Shown here: one piece after another, positions 23,902 to 37,120 of the stretch
Position numbering within the stretch: the first letter of the stretch is position 1
Layout of the letters: each line of letters begins with the position of its first letter
The notes under the pieces: generated by a model
Told to the model about the DNA's origin: nothing
Database searches by the model: none
The model's input: only the letters and a program-made list of their open reading frames with translations
Made by a program: the position numbers and the translations under genes
NCBI RefSeq assembly: GCF_018350175.1
Contig: NC_058368.1
Location: 191,768,001-191,832,000, forward strand
Length of the DNA stretch: 64,000 nt
Direction: 5' to 3'
Source of the DNA: Felis catus
Lineage: Eukaryota

Positions 23902-25759
23902 CCCAGCCACCCAAATCTTCATCCCTAACTAGAAACACATCACCAAATAAACAGCTCTCACAGAAACCTTTGCTTTACTTGGCTAAGATACAAGTTCAGT
24001 GGTAGTGGAAGGTAGATACTATTTCATATAGGAAGGCAGGTGGTATTCAGGGGACAGGACTGCATATCTCCAGTGCAAGGGTTTTAGGCAAAGGAATACC
24101 TGGGAAGAATTGATTTCCTCAGTATTACATCATACGAACCCTTGTGAGCTTTAATTAAAGGATATTAGAAATGCCCCAAGAATGCCCTGCTCAGTGGCTC
24201 AGTGCCTAGAGAAGTTGAAATACAGCTGTAAGCTTAAAAAAGCACAGGACCTAGGAAGGACATTTGTTTTGTTTCTTTCTTGGTGTCAGCTTTCAAGTCA
24301 AAGTATTTGAGAGTTTTTCAATTGTATAAAACAGCCAAAATTTTTGGAATGCTGTCAAGATGTGTCCAAAAATTCAATGTCATTATTTGAGAAAGTTTTA
24401 CAGTTTAAATCATTCTAGATGCTATTACCTGCTTTCACCTTTCATGCTAATTTTAATGAGTAAAGTCTAGACGCAATCCTTTCGGGATTCCCAAGGTAAG
24501 AATTAGGATTATTTCCTACGGCACTTGAGCAAGAAAACATGTGTGTGCAATATGCCATTAAACAAAGATAGTTCTGGTCTAGCACTCATTCCCTGGATGA
24601 GCTTAGTCAGGAAATTGCCTTTCCCTCTGATGCTTCAGTTTTCACACGTGTAACATGAAAGACCCTACCATATTGTTGGGAGGAAATCTGCACATTTTGT
24701 AGTTCAGCCCAAGGGTGCGAATCCCTTCTTTGTGAAACCCAGAAGAGTAACTAAACATTCGATTTCAGCATGAACATCCCCAGTGACTTCCACTGCATGC
24801 TTTCCAAAAGAGCCCATTCAGGTTTTAGACAGTGCTAACCTGTTCTGATGTCCAACACACCAGTTTAAAATGTTCATGAATAGAGAAAAAACACCCCGTT
24901 TGTTTGTGTGTTTACGTGCTTGTTGTTTATGTGTCTGGTTTATAGCAGGCTTGCTGCAAGGATAATTCAATATGGCAAAGGAGGTGGCACAAGTCCTAGG
25001 CTGGGTTCACCAAGAGCATTAATGATTTTCTTGCTGTCCCTGCTTTCAGTCTCATTTTAAGTTAGCTCTGAAACTTCCTCATTGAAAGCTCTTGGATTTT
25101 GTACCTTAATTAATCCCCCTGGAAGACTCAGAAACATTTTCCCCCAAACGCAACATGACTCTTCAAAGTACTGGAAGTGGCATAACCTCATTGGTGGTAG
25201 ACACACACCCCAAAAATTCACCTCTGGCCCCACATGGGCTGACTCTACCTACTTCTCTGCACTTCAGTCTACCATTTCACTTCTGGTATCAGCATAGTTG
25301 GGGCTGAGTATCAGTTATTTTAATCTCACAGACTTGGCTTCAGGATACTGCTTCCAAAACTCTTTTCGGAAGCAGGTGCATAGCAGAGAGTTCTGACCTG
25401 GCCCTCTCCTTGACTCCTGCCTGAGAAGATTGGGCATCAGGCACCAACCAATGCTGGCATTTCTGGGTCCTCTTGGTGTGGGTGCCATCTGATTAAGCAT
25501 CTGTAGGTATCAGGACCTCGCTGACATCCAGATCTTTCCTTCTGGCTGGACTTCATTGGCCAAATGTGGCCTTTCAGTTCACATCTGTCCTCCAGGCTGG
25601 CCATACGCAGGATATTCACATTTTGGCAGACAATAAAAGCACCCCCATTACAGCTGTCTCTGTGTGGTCCTGCACATCCAAGCTCTTAATTAGCTGACTT
25701 GCCTTAGGCTCATTATTCGGAATCTTGCCCCAGAGCCCAGCAGTGCAGATTTTCCCATA

Positions 25760-26400
25760 GAAGTTTCACACATCTTTCATTAGTTTTATTCCTAGGTTCT
25801 TGATATTGTACTTACTCTTATAGTGGTGTCATTTCTTTTATTTTGTTTTGTTTCTGGTGTATGGGAACTACAACTGGATTTCTACAGTAAAACTCATAAC
25901 ATGCTCTGTAATGATGCATATTTAGACATGAAGCTGTTGGTGTTTGAGTCACCTCCATTCTCATTCTCTTCCCCCAGAAGAGTCACCTCATTCTCTTCTG
26001 GGGGCAGGAGGGACACGGTTAGAAACTGGTCGCTTTTGCTTTAGGGCCATGTAGGACTGTCCTGGGTCCGCACATAGTCAATTGCGTAGAGCATAACTGT
26101 CATTTTTATTTTGTATTTTGTAGATGAATACAGAGGACTTGAAATATTTTGCTTTGCATTAACCTCACCAGAAATGAGTCCTCTCATTTTACTGATTCAA
26201 TTTTTGGACCCCACTTATAACATTATGGTGTGGTGTTGTCGTATATTGATTTCATTTCCAATCATCTTGCTAAATTTGTCTATTCTCTCTAATTTTCTAT
26301 AGAATATAGATTTAATTTTTTGTATCAACTATAAATAAAGAAATTTTTCTTCTTTTCTTTATACCTCTTTTCACCCTTATTTTATTTTATCTTTTCTTTT
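25760..26400 (-). mobile_element. Old L1M fragments (interrupted)
   Basis: tagttttattcctagg...ttctggtgtatgggaactacaactggattt and atcttgctaaattt, typical of reverse L1 ORF2. Confidence 0.55.
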
Positions 26401-26418
26401 CTTTAAAGTCATTTATTT

Positions 26419-26652
26419 GGGGCGCCTGGGTGGCACAGTCGGTTAAGCGTCCGACTTCAGCCAGGTCACGATCTCGCGGTCCGTGAGTTCGAGCCCCGCG
26501 TCAAGCTCTGGGCTGATGGCTCAGAGCCTGGAGCCTGTTTCCGATTCTGTGTCTCCCTCTCTCTCTGCCCCTCCCCCGTTCATGCTCTGTCTCTCTCTGT
26601 CCCAAAAATAAATAAATTAAAAAAAATGTTGAAAAAAAATTTAAAAAAATAA
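26419..26652 (+). mobile_element. Young SINEC_Fc
   Basis: CpG-rich near-consensus copy. TSD TAAAGTCATTTAT at 26404-26416 and 26653-26665. Confidence 0.97.
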
Positions 26653-26850
26653 TAAAGTCATTTATAACAGATTTTCAGTAGATCAAGGACTGTTTTCATT
26701 AAAAACAAAAAAGAGTATATTTTCTGGAAAAGCATGTTCTATTTTCAAATGAATAATATTAGGTACCCATGAAAGAAAATTATGTAATTAGTGTGCATTA
26801 AATGATGGCTTCAGAAAAGAAAGACTTCAAGACATTGTTTTCCTTAAAAT

Positions 26851-28530
26851 TGAAGAAGGTACAAAGAAATGGAAAAACATTCCATGCTCATGGATTGGAA
26901 GAATAAATATTGTTAAAATGTCAATACTACCCAAACCAATCTACACATTCAATACAATCCCAATCAAAATTGCACCAGCATTCTTCTCAAAGCTAGAACA
27001 AACAATCCTAAAATTTGTATGGAACCACAAAAGACCATGAATAGCCAAAGTAATATTGAAGAAGAAAACCAAAGCAGGAGGCATCACAATCCCAAACTTT
27101 AGCCTCTATTACAAAGCTGTAATCATCAAGACAGTATGGTATTGGCACAAAAACAGACATATAGACCAATGGAATAGAATAGAGACCCCATAATTGGACC
27201 CACAAATGTATGGCCAACTAATCTTTGACAAAGCAGGAAAGAATATCCAATGGAAGAAAGTCTCTTTAACAAATGGTGCTAGGAGAACTGGACATGCAGA
27301 AGAATGAAACTAGACTTTCTGACACCATACACAAAAATAAACTCAAAATGGATGAAGGACCTGAATGTGAGACAGGAAAACATCAAAATCCTTGGAAAAA
27401 GGGCAGGAAAAAAAGGAAAAAGCAGGAAAAAAAAACCTCTCTGACCTCAGCCGCAGCAATTTCTTACTCGACACATCTCTAAAGGCAAGAGAATTAAAAG
27501 CAAAAATGAACTATTGGGACCTCATCAAGGTAAAAAGCTTCTGCATTGCAAAGGAAACAACAAAACTAAAAGGCAACTGACAGAATGGGGAAAGATATTT
27601 GCAAATGACATATTGGATAAAGGGCTAGTATCCAAAATCTATAAAGAACTCACCAAACTCCACACCTGAAAAACAAATAATCCACTGAAGAAATGGGCAA
27701 AGACATGAATAGACACTTTTCCAAAGAAGACATCCAGATGGCCAACAGCCACATGAAAAGATGCTCAACATCACTCCTCATCAGGGAAATACAAATCAAA
27801 ACCACACTGAGACACCACCTCATGCTGGTCAGAGTGGCTAAAATGAACAAATCAGGAGACTATAGATGGTGGAGAGGATGTGGAGAAACGGGAACCCTCT
27901 TGCACTGTTGGTGGGAATGCAAACTGGTGCAGCCACTCTGGAAAACAGTGTGGAGGTTCCTCAAAAAATTAAAAATAGAACTACCCTATGACCCAGCAAT
28001 AGCACTGCTAGGAATTTACCCAAGGGGTACAGGAGTGCTAACGCCTAGGGACACATGTACCCCAATGTTTATAGCAGCACTTTCAACAATAGCCAAATTA
28101 TGGGAAGAGCTTAAATGTCCATCAACTGATGAATGGATAAAGAAGATGTGGTTTATATACACAATGGAATACTACTTGGCAATGAGAAAGAATGAAATCT
28201 GGCCATTTGCAGCAACGTGGACGGAACTGGAGGGTATTATGCTAAGTGAAATAAGTCATACAGAGAAAGACAAATATAATATGTTTCCAATCATATGTGG
28301 ATTCTGAGAAACTTAACAGAAGATCATGGGGGAGGGGAAGGGGGAATAAAAAGTTACAAAGGGAGGGAGCCAAACCATAAGAGACTCTTAAAAACATAGA
28401 ACAAACTGAGGGTTGATGGGCGGTGGAAGAGTGAGAAAAGTGGGTGATGGGCATTGAGGAGGGCACCTGTTGGGATGAGCACTGGGTGTTGTATGGAAAC
28501 CAATTTGACCATAAATTATATTTTTAAAAA
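26851..28530 (+). mobile_element. 5'-truncated feline-type L1 (3' part of ORF2 plus 3'UTR), frameshifted
   Basis: ORF 27693-28307 is the L1 ORF2 C-terminus (HMKRCSTSL...[18 protein letters not shown]...[12 protein letters not shown]). Degenerate TSD AAGACATTGTTTTCCTTAAAAT (26829-26850) / AAGACTTTGTTTTCTTAAAAT (28531-28551). Confidence 0.95.
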
Positions 28531-28867
28531 AAGACTTTGTTTTCTTAAAATACATACATGTAGTTTAACGTATTTTGATCATTTTAATATGATAGTGACA
28601 GGAACATAAATGCATAACATTGGCTTTCCAGATAAATAATGAGATGTGATTCTTTCAGCTTTTTGAGGTATAATTGACAAAATCATGATATGTTTAAATT
28701 GTGGTAATTTGATATATGTATACACTATCAAAAGATTCCTCCATTTAGTTAATTATTCTGTTCATCACCTCATTTTTTCTATTCTCTGCAAATTTCAATT
28801 ATACAATACAGCGCTATCAATTATAGTTTCCACGTCACACATTAGATCCTTAGAGTTTATTCACGTC

Positions 28868-29015
28868 TTTTGGAGGTTAGGGGGGAAAGACTCTCAAGCA
28901 GGCTCCATGCTCAGTGTGGAGCCTGAGGCGGGGCTCAGTCCCACGACCCTGAGATCATGGCCTAAGCCAAAATCAAGAGTTGGACGCTCAACCAACTGAA
29001 CCACCCAGGCTCTCC
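28868..29015 (-). mobile_element. Short, older Can-SINE
   Basis: Reverse SINE head. Degenerate TSD CTTAGAGTTTATTCA / CTCAGACTTTATTCA. Confidence 0.85.
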
Positions 29016-29290
29016 TCAGACTTTATTCATCTTGAAAGTGAAAGTTTGTATCATTTTACCAACCTCTCCTTTAATCTCTCCCCACCACCACCCCCCGCCC
29101 CGCGAGTCCCTGGTAACCACTTTTCTACTCTCTGTTTCTAGATGTTTGACTTTTCTTTAGATTTATAAGTGATACCATGCAATATCTGTCTTCTCTGTCT
29201 GGTTTATTTTACATAGTTTAATGCCCTCAAAGTCTATCCATGTTATTGCAAAAGACAAGATTTCCTTCTTTCTCATGGCTGAGTATATTC

Positions 29291-29420
29291 ATATATATAT
29301 ATATGTGTATATATATGTGTATATATATATGTGTGTATATATATGTGTATATATATGTGTGTGTGTATATATGTATATATATGTGTGTACATATACACAC
29401 ATATATATACATATATATAT
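29291..29420. repeat. (TA)n/(TATG)n/(CATA)n complex microsatellite
   Basis: About 130 bp of alternating purine-pyrimidine sequence. Confidence 0.95.
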
Positions 29421-31583
29421 TCACATCTTCTTTATCCATTCATCTGTTGATGAAAACAGGTTGTTTCTGTATCTTGACTGTTTGTTAATAATGCTACAGT
29501 AAACACGGGAGTGCAGATCTCTCTTCAATATTCTATTTTGATTTCCTTCAGATATAGACTGAGAAGTGGGATTGCTGCATCGTAAGATAGTTCTATCTGG
29601 AGTTCATTAAAGAAGAGAAGGGTTTGGAGTGGACATTCTCATCCAATATCAAAAGGAAAGTTACAATATTTCACCATTCAATACAATGTTTGCTTTAAGT
29701 TTTTTATAGATACCCTTTATCCAATGAAAAAAGTCCATGTGTATTTTTTATTTGATATGAGTTTTCATTTTATGTGGATAATGAATTTTCCCAACACTTT
29801 TTTTGCATCTACTTAAATGACTGTACAATTAATCCTCTAATGTTCAACATAACCTAATATTCCTTGAATAAACAAAAGTTGGCTTTCATATAATATATAA
29901 ATATTATCTGTAATATATATTGTACATATCATAATGCTTGATTCAGCTTGCTGGTGTTTTCTTGAGATTTTTACATTTATAGTCATAGCCAAGGTTAGTC
30001 TGATTCTCATAGTACATCATAAAATGAATTGGAGTGGATACTCTCTTTTCCTATATTCTAGAAGACTTGGTATAAAGCAGGAATATTTTTTATTTAACAT
30101 GGATAATATTCTCTAGTGGGTCTGGAGGTTTCTGTGAGGGGAGGTTTTTAAAAACTTGTTATAGGATTTTCAGATTTTCTTATATCTTCTGTGTCAGCTT
30201 AGTTTGTATTTGCCTAAGAATTTGTCCAATTATTCTGAAGTTTTGGCATAAAATTATTTTTAATACCTTCTTGTTATCTTTTAAAAATACCTGAAGACTC
30301 TGTAACAGTGTATCTTTTTTAAAATCCATGATATTGGTTATTTGTGTCCTTTCTTTTCTTGATCCGTTTTACCAGGGGTTATATTCTTCTTTTCAAAAAA
30401 TCAAATTTTGGCTTTGTTGATTCTCACTATTGTCTATATGTTTTCAATTTCATCATCTTCTATTTTCTTCCTTCTACTTTCCTTGGATTTCACTACGTAT
30501 TTCATTCTCTAGTTGTGCTGTATTTCCCTCTTTTTTTTGTTTCATCAGTTATAAAGAAAGGGTTGTGACACTTTGTTTAAACATAGATTTGTTCATTTCT
30601 CCTTAGAGTCTATTATTTTTTGCTTTAGATATTTTGAGGCCATATTATTAGAAGCTTGCAAATATATCTTTTCTGTTGAATGACATCTTTTACCATTATG
30701 AAGTGACTTTATCTCTAATAACACTTTCATGCCTTAAATTCTGGTATGTCTGATATTAACATGGCCACACCAGCTTTGTTTTGATGAAGATTAACACAGT
30801 ATATGATTTCCATCCCTTTGCTTTCCATTTTCTTCTGTATTCTTGTTTTAAATCTATCTTACAAACCTTACACAGGATTTTTTAAGTGCTGACAGTTGGT
30901 TTCTATTAACTAGAGTTTCTAGTCCACTTACATTTATGTAACTAAAGACATTTTTAAGTTTGACCGACTGTCTCATTTGGTGCTCTTTGCCATCCTGGTT
31001 CTGGTTGTGCTTTCTCTCCATTTTTGCCTTCTTTTGGAGTAATTTACTCACTCCCCTTTTTAAAAGCCCTTTTAGTTCGGGGCATTATATCCTTGGGTTT
31101 TTTTAATGGGTACATTAGAAATTAGAACACGAATCTTTAGCTTATTAAAATCTAATATTAAACAATATCTTCATTCTTCTTCACAGACATTCAAGAAGCT
31201 TATTTACAACAATTTTGCATTTTATTATACAATTAATTCCATATTTTCTAATTTCACAAGATATTACTCTTATTTTGTACATTTCATGTATCTTTACCTC
31301 TTTATTGTTTATTTCTTCTTGCATCTCAGACTTTTCTTTATAGACCACCTTTTTTTTATTCAAGTTTTTTCCCATAGACTTTCTTTTAGTGAGGACCTGA
31401 TGGGAGCAAATGCATCCCATTCTTGAATGTTTAAAAAATTTTTCCTATGTTGCTTCCATTCTTGAAAGATGTTTTCTTTTGACATAGTATTCCAGACTAG
31501 TAATTTTTAAAGTCACATTGAAGATATTATTCCACTGGCTTCTAGCTTCTGTTTTATTGCTAAAAAGGTGGCTTTCACTCTTG

Positions 31584-31788
31584 CATGGGGTAAGCAAACT
31601 ATATCCCATGGTCAAATCCAATTCATAACCTGGTTTCATAATAATGTAATACATCCAGGCCCATTCATTTATGTATCACCTGTGGCTGCCCTCACACTAC
31701 AATAACACATTTGAATAGTTGTGACAAACACCCTGTGGCCATCTGAGCTCAAAACACATACTTGTTAGAAAAAGTTTGCTGACCCCTA
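31584..31788. mobile_element. MER58A-like hAT-Charlie MITE
   Basis: TIRs GGGGTAAGCAAACT / AGTTTGCTGACCCC. Internal cccattcatttatgtat...tggctgc...ttgaatagttgtgaca. Confidence 0.85.
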
Positions 31789-31964
31789 ATCAAGCAGGAA
31801 CTCCCTTTGAAAGTAACTTACCCTTTCTGGCTTCTTTGGAGATTTTTTTCTTTCATTTTCTCCACTTACTATAATATGCTTCTTTTTATTTATCGTGCTG
31901 GAAATTTTTTGTATATCATAAATCTGTTGATTCATATCTGTTATTGGTGCTTAAAAATTCTTAA

Positions 31965-32458
31965 TCATTATCTCAGTTATTTATCAGTGCAATGTCCTCC
32001 ATCTGGGGAGGAAATTTGAGAATGGCTTGGCTGAGCAGTTCTGGCTTAGGCTGTCTCATAAGGCTGCTTTACACACACTCATCGGCTGTGGATATAGTTA
32101 ACTGAAGGCTTGACTGGGGCTAGAGGGTTCAATTCCAAAGTGACTCATTCACATGGCTGGTCAGTTGGTGTTGGCTGTTGGCAGGAAGCCTGAGTTCTCT
32201 TTACAAGGGCCTCTCCACACATCATAATGTCCCCGTGACATGGTCGCTTACTTCCTACAGAACAAGAATCCAGAAGAAAGAACCGGGCAGAAGCTTCTCT
32301 TTAAATGAATTAGCTTTGGAAGCTACACAGAATCATTTCCCACATTCATTAGAAGCAAGTCATTAAATCTAGCCCACAAACAGAGAAGAGGTAAATTAAG
32401 ATCCAACTAGTTAAGGAAGGGGTGTCAAAGAATATGGACAGATTTCAAAACCACCACA
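31965..32458 (-). mobile_element. MLT1F/G-type MaLR LTR
   Basis: ctgaaggcttgactggggctagagg...actcattcacatggctgg...caaaaccaccaca. Confidence 0.8.
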
Positions 32459-34341
32459 TTACCCTTTACAGTCTTTTCCTCACTCATATTTTCTCTCCCT
32501 CCACTTGCTCTGGGACTCAAATTAAATATAGGTTAAGTCTCCTCACTATATATCTCTTACCTTCTCTTTTGCGTTTTTTGACTCTTTTTCTCTCTATGCT
32601 ACACCATTAGTAACTTCTTCTGACCAGTTTTCCAGTTTTTTTTATTCCACCACCAACTATGTCTGATCTGCTATTAACCCCACTCACTTAGTTTTAAATT
32701 TCAGTCATTTTATTTCAAAAGTAAAATTTTTTGTTAATTCAAATATACATTGATTCTAGAAGTTCTACTTGCTTCATTTTCAAATCTACTAAATCACTTC
32801 TTACAATATCTTATTCCTTGCAAATAACTTCAATTTTTCATTATGTTTCTTTAAACATTATCAATAATGTTTTCAGATCTGTCTTTGTTAATGCCAATAA
32901 CTAAAATCTTTGTGGGTTTATTTCTTCTTTCTTGTTGATTTTTATTCCTAGAACCTACTTTTTTCATATGCCTGAATCTTTAATTGTAATGAACATTGTA
33001 TTTAAAAATTGTTTTGTTCTGCCATGCACCTGAAGAAGAGGAAACAAGTCCAGGAACATCTTCAAACAATTTCAAAGTTTGAGACTCCCTCAAAGACTCA
33101 AAAGATTCAATCTCTAACTATAACTCCTCCAAAGAGCTTTCCTAGTCTTCTCTTTCCCACACATCCTTTGTGAGTTGCAGCTGAGCATGGTCAAAGGATT
33201 CATTAGACTCTCACCTTACAAGTGCCCTGGGTTTTTATGTCCACCTTATCTCACAGAATGACCAAATAACCTCCCTGAGAAAGCACAGCAAATAGACATT
33301 AGAGTCAAGACTTAAACCAAGGTTTCTGTGTTCCCTTTATGCCATATCTGATCTTCAAAATCAATAACTGGTGATGTTAGACAGTGATGATGATGGTGTT
33401 GTTCTTTCTTCTCATTTTCCCACAACACAACCTCCAGGGACAGAGTTTACTTAACAATGTCAAGTCATGTAAGAACCTAGATATTCTGGCAAACGACCAG
33501 CCCACAGATGCTGAAGGCAGAAATGCTGTCTTTTACTATCTGGACTGTCAATGGTCAAAAGCAAAACCTTCAACTTGAATAATCTGAAAGGTGCTAGCCA
33601 CTAGTGGGAGAGCAACTGTGTATTTTCAGTGTGAGTACTGCCTCTGTTGCAGAAATTTAACAGCACTGTCTATAAAATAACAGGGTATCTTTTCATGGCA
33701 CATGTCAGCAGGGCATCTGATTGATACACTGCATTGTTTTCAATCACAGTTTTATGAGACCCACATTAAATATTAAAAACTGAGCTATATATTTGGAACA
33801 GTAATTAGTCTGAAGCAGCCTCTGTGCCTTATTTCCTGTTAAAGTTTTAAAGTAAACCAAGGATGATGAATATTTAATGTACTGTACCTCATTGTCATCT
33901 GATAATAAGATTTGTTATAGGGTTATAAAATGTTATGTTAGGTTCTTACAGCACATCATTAATATTGTAAAATGTAGCTGGCTCTCAGGCAGAGCTGCCT
34001 GACAAAAAAAAAAAAAAAGCAAAAAAAACAATAGAAAGATAAGTGATATCAACCATTTCCTCCAAGGGCTTAGAAGACAATCAGCCAGGAGATGAAAAGA
34101 AGTATTTGAGAGTTAGATGCTTTCACCAAACATTAAAGAGAAAAGAAGGAAGAAGACAATAAGGAAAGTAAAACAGAACAAGGGAAAGGATGGAAGGGAA
34201 AGAGGAAGAAAATAAGGAAAACAAAGGCGAAAGGTAGTGAGGAGGTTAGTTGTGAGGAATATTCAAGGATCAGATGGAAGTTTGGATGAAATAAATGATG
34301 TAGAACTCTTCCACATTTAGATTCTAGGGCCATGCTGCCTC

Positions 34342-34916
34342 TGAAGAGATCAGAATATTCAGCCTTCAAGACATGTCTCTTTGGCCTACAGTTTATTTTG
34401 AGCTGAAGGCAATTGAGAAAGAGCAAAGGAAGAGCTCTGTGTTCTCCCGTCTAGCTGTCTAAAAGCAAGCTATAAATCTCCCTTGTGAAGGTATCCCCCT
34501 CGCCCCATACCTGAAAGAGGAGATGAACCCCTGTCATCAAAGGTAGAGATGGACTAAGAGGAGGTTGCCTAAAGAAATCTTGCTAACTCACCCTTATTAA
34601 TTATTAGTTCCCCCATATATTTCCTAGTCACCTTCCCACAATTTATCACTCTTAAATGCCCAACCCCCTTCCCTTTGTCTAGTCACATCCTTACAATTTA
34701 TCTCCCTTTATTAAAATCGTGAGTCCACTAGACCAACCCATTGGAGGTGGGGTGGGGTGGGGGTTCTTTTCCCTAGAGCCCCATACACATAAAATTAAAA
34801 ATAGTGACATCAATGAAAATTTTCTTTTTTCCTGCTCATCTTTCCTTTGTCAATTCAACTGGCAGTCTCCACACACAAACCTAAGAGGGTAGAGGAAAAG
34901 TTTTTCCTCCCCTATA
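34342..34916 (+). mobile_element. MER34-like ERV1 solo LTR
   Basis: TGAAGAGATCAGAATAT...ttattttgagctgaaggcaattgagaa...tttttcctcccctata. Perfect TSD CCTC at 34338-34341 and 34917-34920. Confidence 0.88.
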
Positions 34917-36613
34917 CCTCACAATCAAAAACCTCTACAGCTTTAGGGATCTCCTAAGACCATTTAGTCTACCTAGTGGATTCTCCCAAAGAATCCAATA
35001 ACGCTCCAGAAAAATTGTCTACATTGTAAACTCTGAAAATAAAATAAGTATTATTTGGCAAAAGTCATAGTAAAACAAGACTAGAGTTTAGACACTGTTG
35101 TTTACTTAGCATCCATTCTTCTCACTCACAAAAACAGGACAAGATGTTAAAGATAGCAAGCCAATTTAAATTAGGACCACAACTTTCAAAACCATTCATG
35201 TTAGAAGGTACTATTGGCAATCACAACAGCATACGGGTTAGGACTGTGACCTTATAAGACAGATAAATTCATGTTTGATTTCTACCATACACTAGCTTGT
35301 AACTTTCTGGGCATCACTCTCATTATCTATACAGTTTGTGCTTAATAATAGCTAGGATAATGCAAGTAATACACTTAACAAAGTAACTTGATATTTTAAA
35401 CACTAATATATATGAATGTGATAATGAGCGTGGTGAAGGAGGAAGAAGAGAGAAATCATCCAATTCACTCTTTTACAGAAAGATTCCTGAGGGCCAGGGA
35501 GAGATTACTTATTAAAGACAGTATAGCCCACTATTGCTGAAACTGAAGGTCAAGTCAAAATCCCTTTTTCATTTTAAGTAATAGTATATAGCTCTTATAA
35601 TGTATCCATTCCAGCAATAGGTGCCAAGGGATCAATACAAAAAGAAATATAAAACATGGTCTTTAATATCAAGGAACAAAATTTATCTATCAAAGACTGA
35701 AGGATTAATATAAAATTTATGCCATGAATTACATTTATTTGATGAAAATATTGTAAAAATTAAATATATCTTCCAAAAGTTTATGAGACTAGGAGGAAAA
35801 TCCTTATGCTATAATGAAAAACAGAAAAGTAAAAAATTAAAGTATATATAGATATAGAAGGAGAAAAAGAAAAAAGATCAGAATAAAACATGCCATAAAA
35901 TAATGACAGAGATTTTCCTCTAAGCAGGGAGATTATGAGCAATTTTCTTCTTCATACTTTTTCTATACCCTCTTCATTTTCTACAAAGGCACATACTACT
36001 TTTTAGAATTATAAGAAAGGTAAGTTTTCTCTTGCCAAAGAAATATTATATGTAGTGTGAAAAGCTTCTCTTCATGATAGGAACTACAGCATATATAAAA
36101 GGTACCTACAAATAAAATTTTAAAGAAGGTTTATAAGACTCACATGAATAAAAATAATCAACCAAGTATATTATTATACTGTGTTAATTCCAATAGGATT
36201 TTTTCAGAACTTGACAGAGTTCTTCTAAACTTTATCTGGAAAAATAAAAAAAATACTACTATTGTTATAAACAATCATTTAACTCTTAAAAAAGAGATAC
36301 TTTTTCAGAGTTCTGACTGATCAGGCTGAAACAGATTGGCAGTGTCCAGTATTGGTAGTTTTGGTGAATGTGTAAACTGTCTTTCTATAAAACAGTTTGT
36401 GAATATGCATGAAAATTTCAAAGGGATATTCTCTCTGATCTTGTGATTCTCAGTGCCAGTAATTGAGGCGGATAATCACACAAGTATACAAAGAGGTTCA
36501 GAGAGGCAAAAATAAAACAAAAGACAGGTGATCTATAAATTCAATGCATTCCCAATCAAAATTTCAACATGCTTTATGCAGAAATGGAAAAGTTCATTCT
36601 AAAATTATATACA

Positions 36614-36825
36614 GGGGTGCCTGGGTGGCTCAGTGAGTTGAGCTTCCAACTTCGGCTTGGGTCATGATCTCTCAGTCTGTGAGTTCGAGCCCTGCTTCGG
36701 GCTCTGTGCTGACAGCTCGGAGACTGGAGCCTGCTTCGGATTCTGTGTCTCCCTCTCTCCCTGCCCCTCCCCTGCTCATGCTCTGTCTCTCTCTGTCTCA
36801 AAAATAAATAAACATTAAAAAAATT
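36614..36825 (+). mobile_element. Can-SINE (SINEC_Fc-like) within L1
   Basis: GGGGTGCCTGGGTGGCTCAG head, (CT)n linker, A tail. Confidence 0.95.
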
Positions 36826-36929
36826 TAAATGTATATAGAAATACAAATACTTTAGAATAATCAGTACAAATTTTAGCAAGAACAAAGTTGGAAGACTTGC
36901 ACTATCATATTACAAGACTTATGTGAAAG

Positions 36930-37120
36930 TGAAGACCACCCAAATGAGAATAAGAAAAATGTATTTATTTAGAGCTTGCTTTAGCAAGGGTGTCAGCCAC
37001 CAACACTTGGATTTGGCAAAGATTCAAAAGCAGGCAAGGAAGACTGGAAAGCTTTATAGTGGGAAAAAGGAAGGCTTTAGGTATTAGATTAGAGATTGTT
37101 GGCATGGGTTATCTGGAAGT
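36930..37120 (-). mobile_element. LTR-like fragment inserted in L1 (family uncertain)
   Basis: Interrupts L1 ORF2. Starts TG and carries reverse-strand AATAAA (tttatt) and TATA-like (tttata) motifs in LTR order. Confidence 0.45.

Larger units (their letters stand above)
28650..29600 (-). mobile_element. L1MA9/L1_Carn-like 3' end, interrupted by a SINE and a microsatellite
   Basis: tttgaggtataattgaca...tggtaaccacttttctactctctgtttcta...agaagtgggattgctg. Confidence 0.85.
29620..33050 (-). mobile_element. Ancient L1M(E) body, interrupted by MER58A and an MLT1 LTR
   Basis: T-rich reverse L1 motifs: tttcaccattca, tttttatagataccctttatc, tctgatattaacatggccacaccagcttt, tattccactggcttctagcttc. Confidence 0.75.

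Noticed and set aside
27693..28307. 204-aa ORF, the longest in the window
   Set aside because: It is the L1 ORF2 C-terminus in a 5'-truncated, frameshifted copy, so neither a host gene nor an active element.
29221..29502. Overlapping Tyr/Ile-rich ORFs on both strands
   Set aside because: These are translations of the (TA/TG)n microsatellite.
34137..34240. Purine-rich tract giving a hydrophobic minus-strand ORF
   Set aside because: Low-complexity GA-rich sequence.
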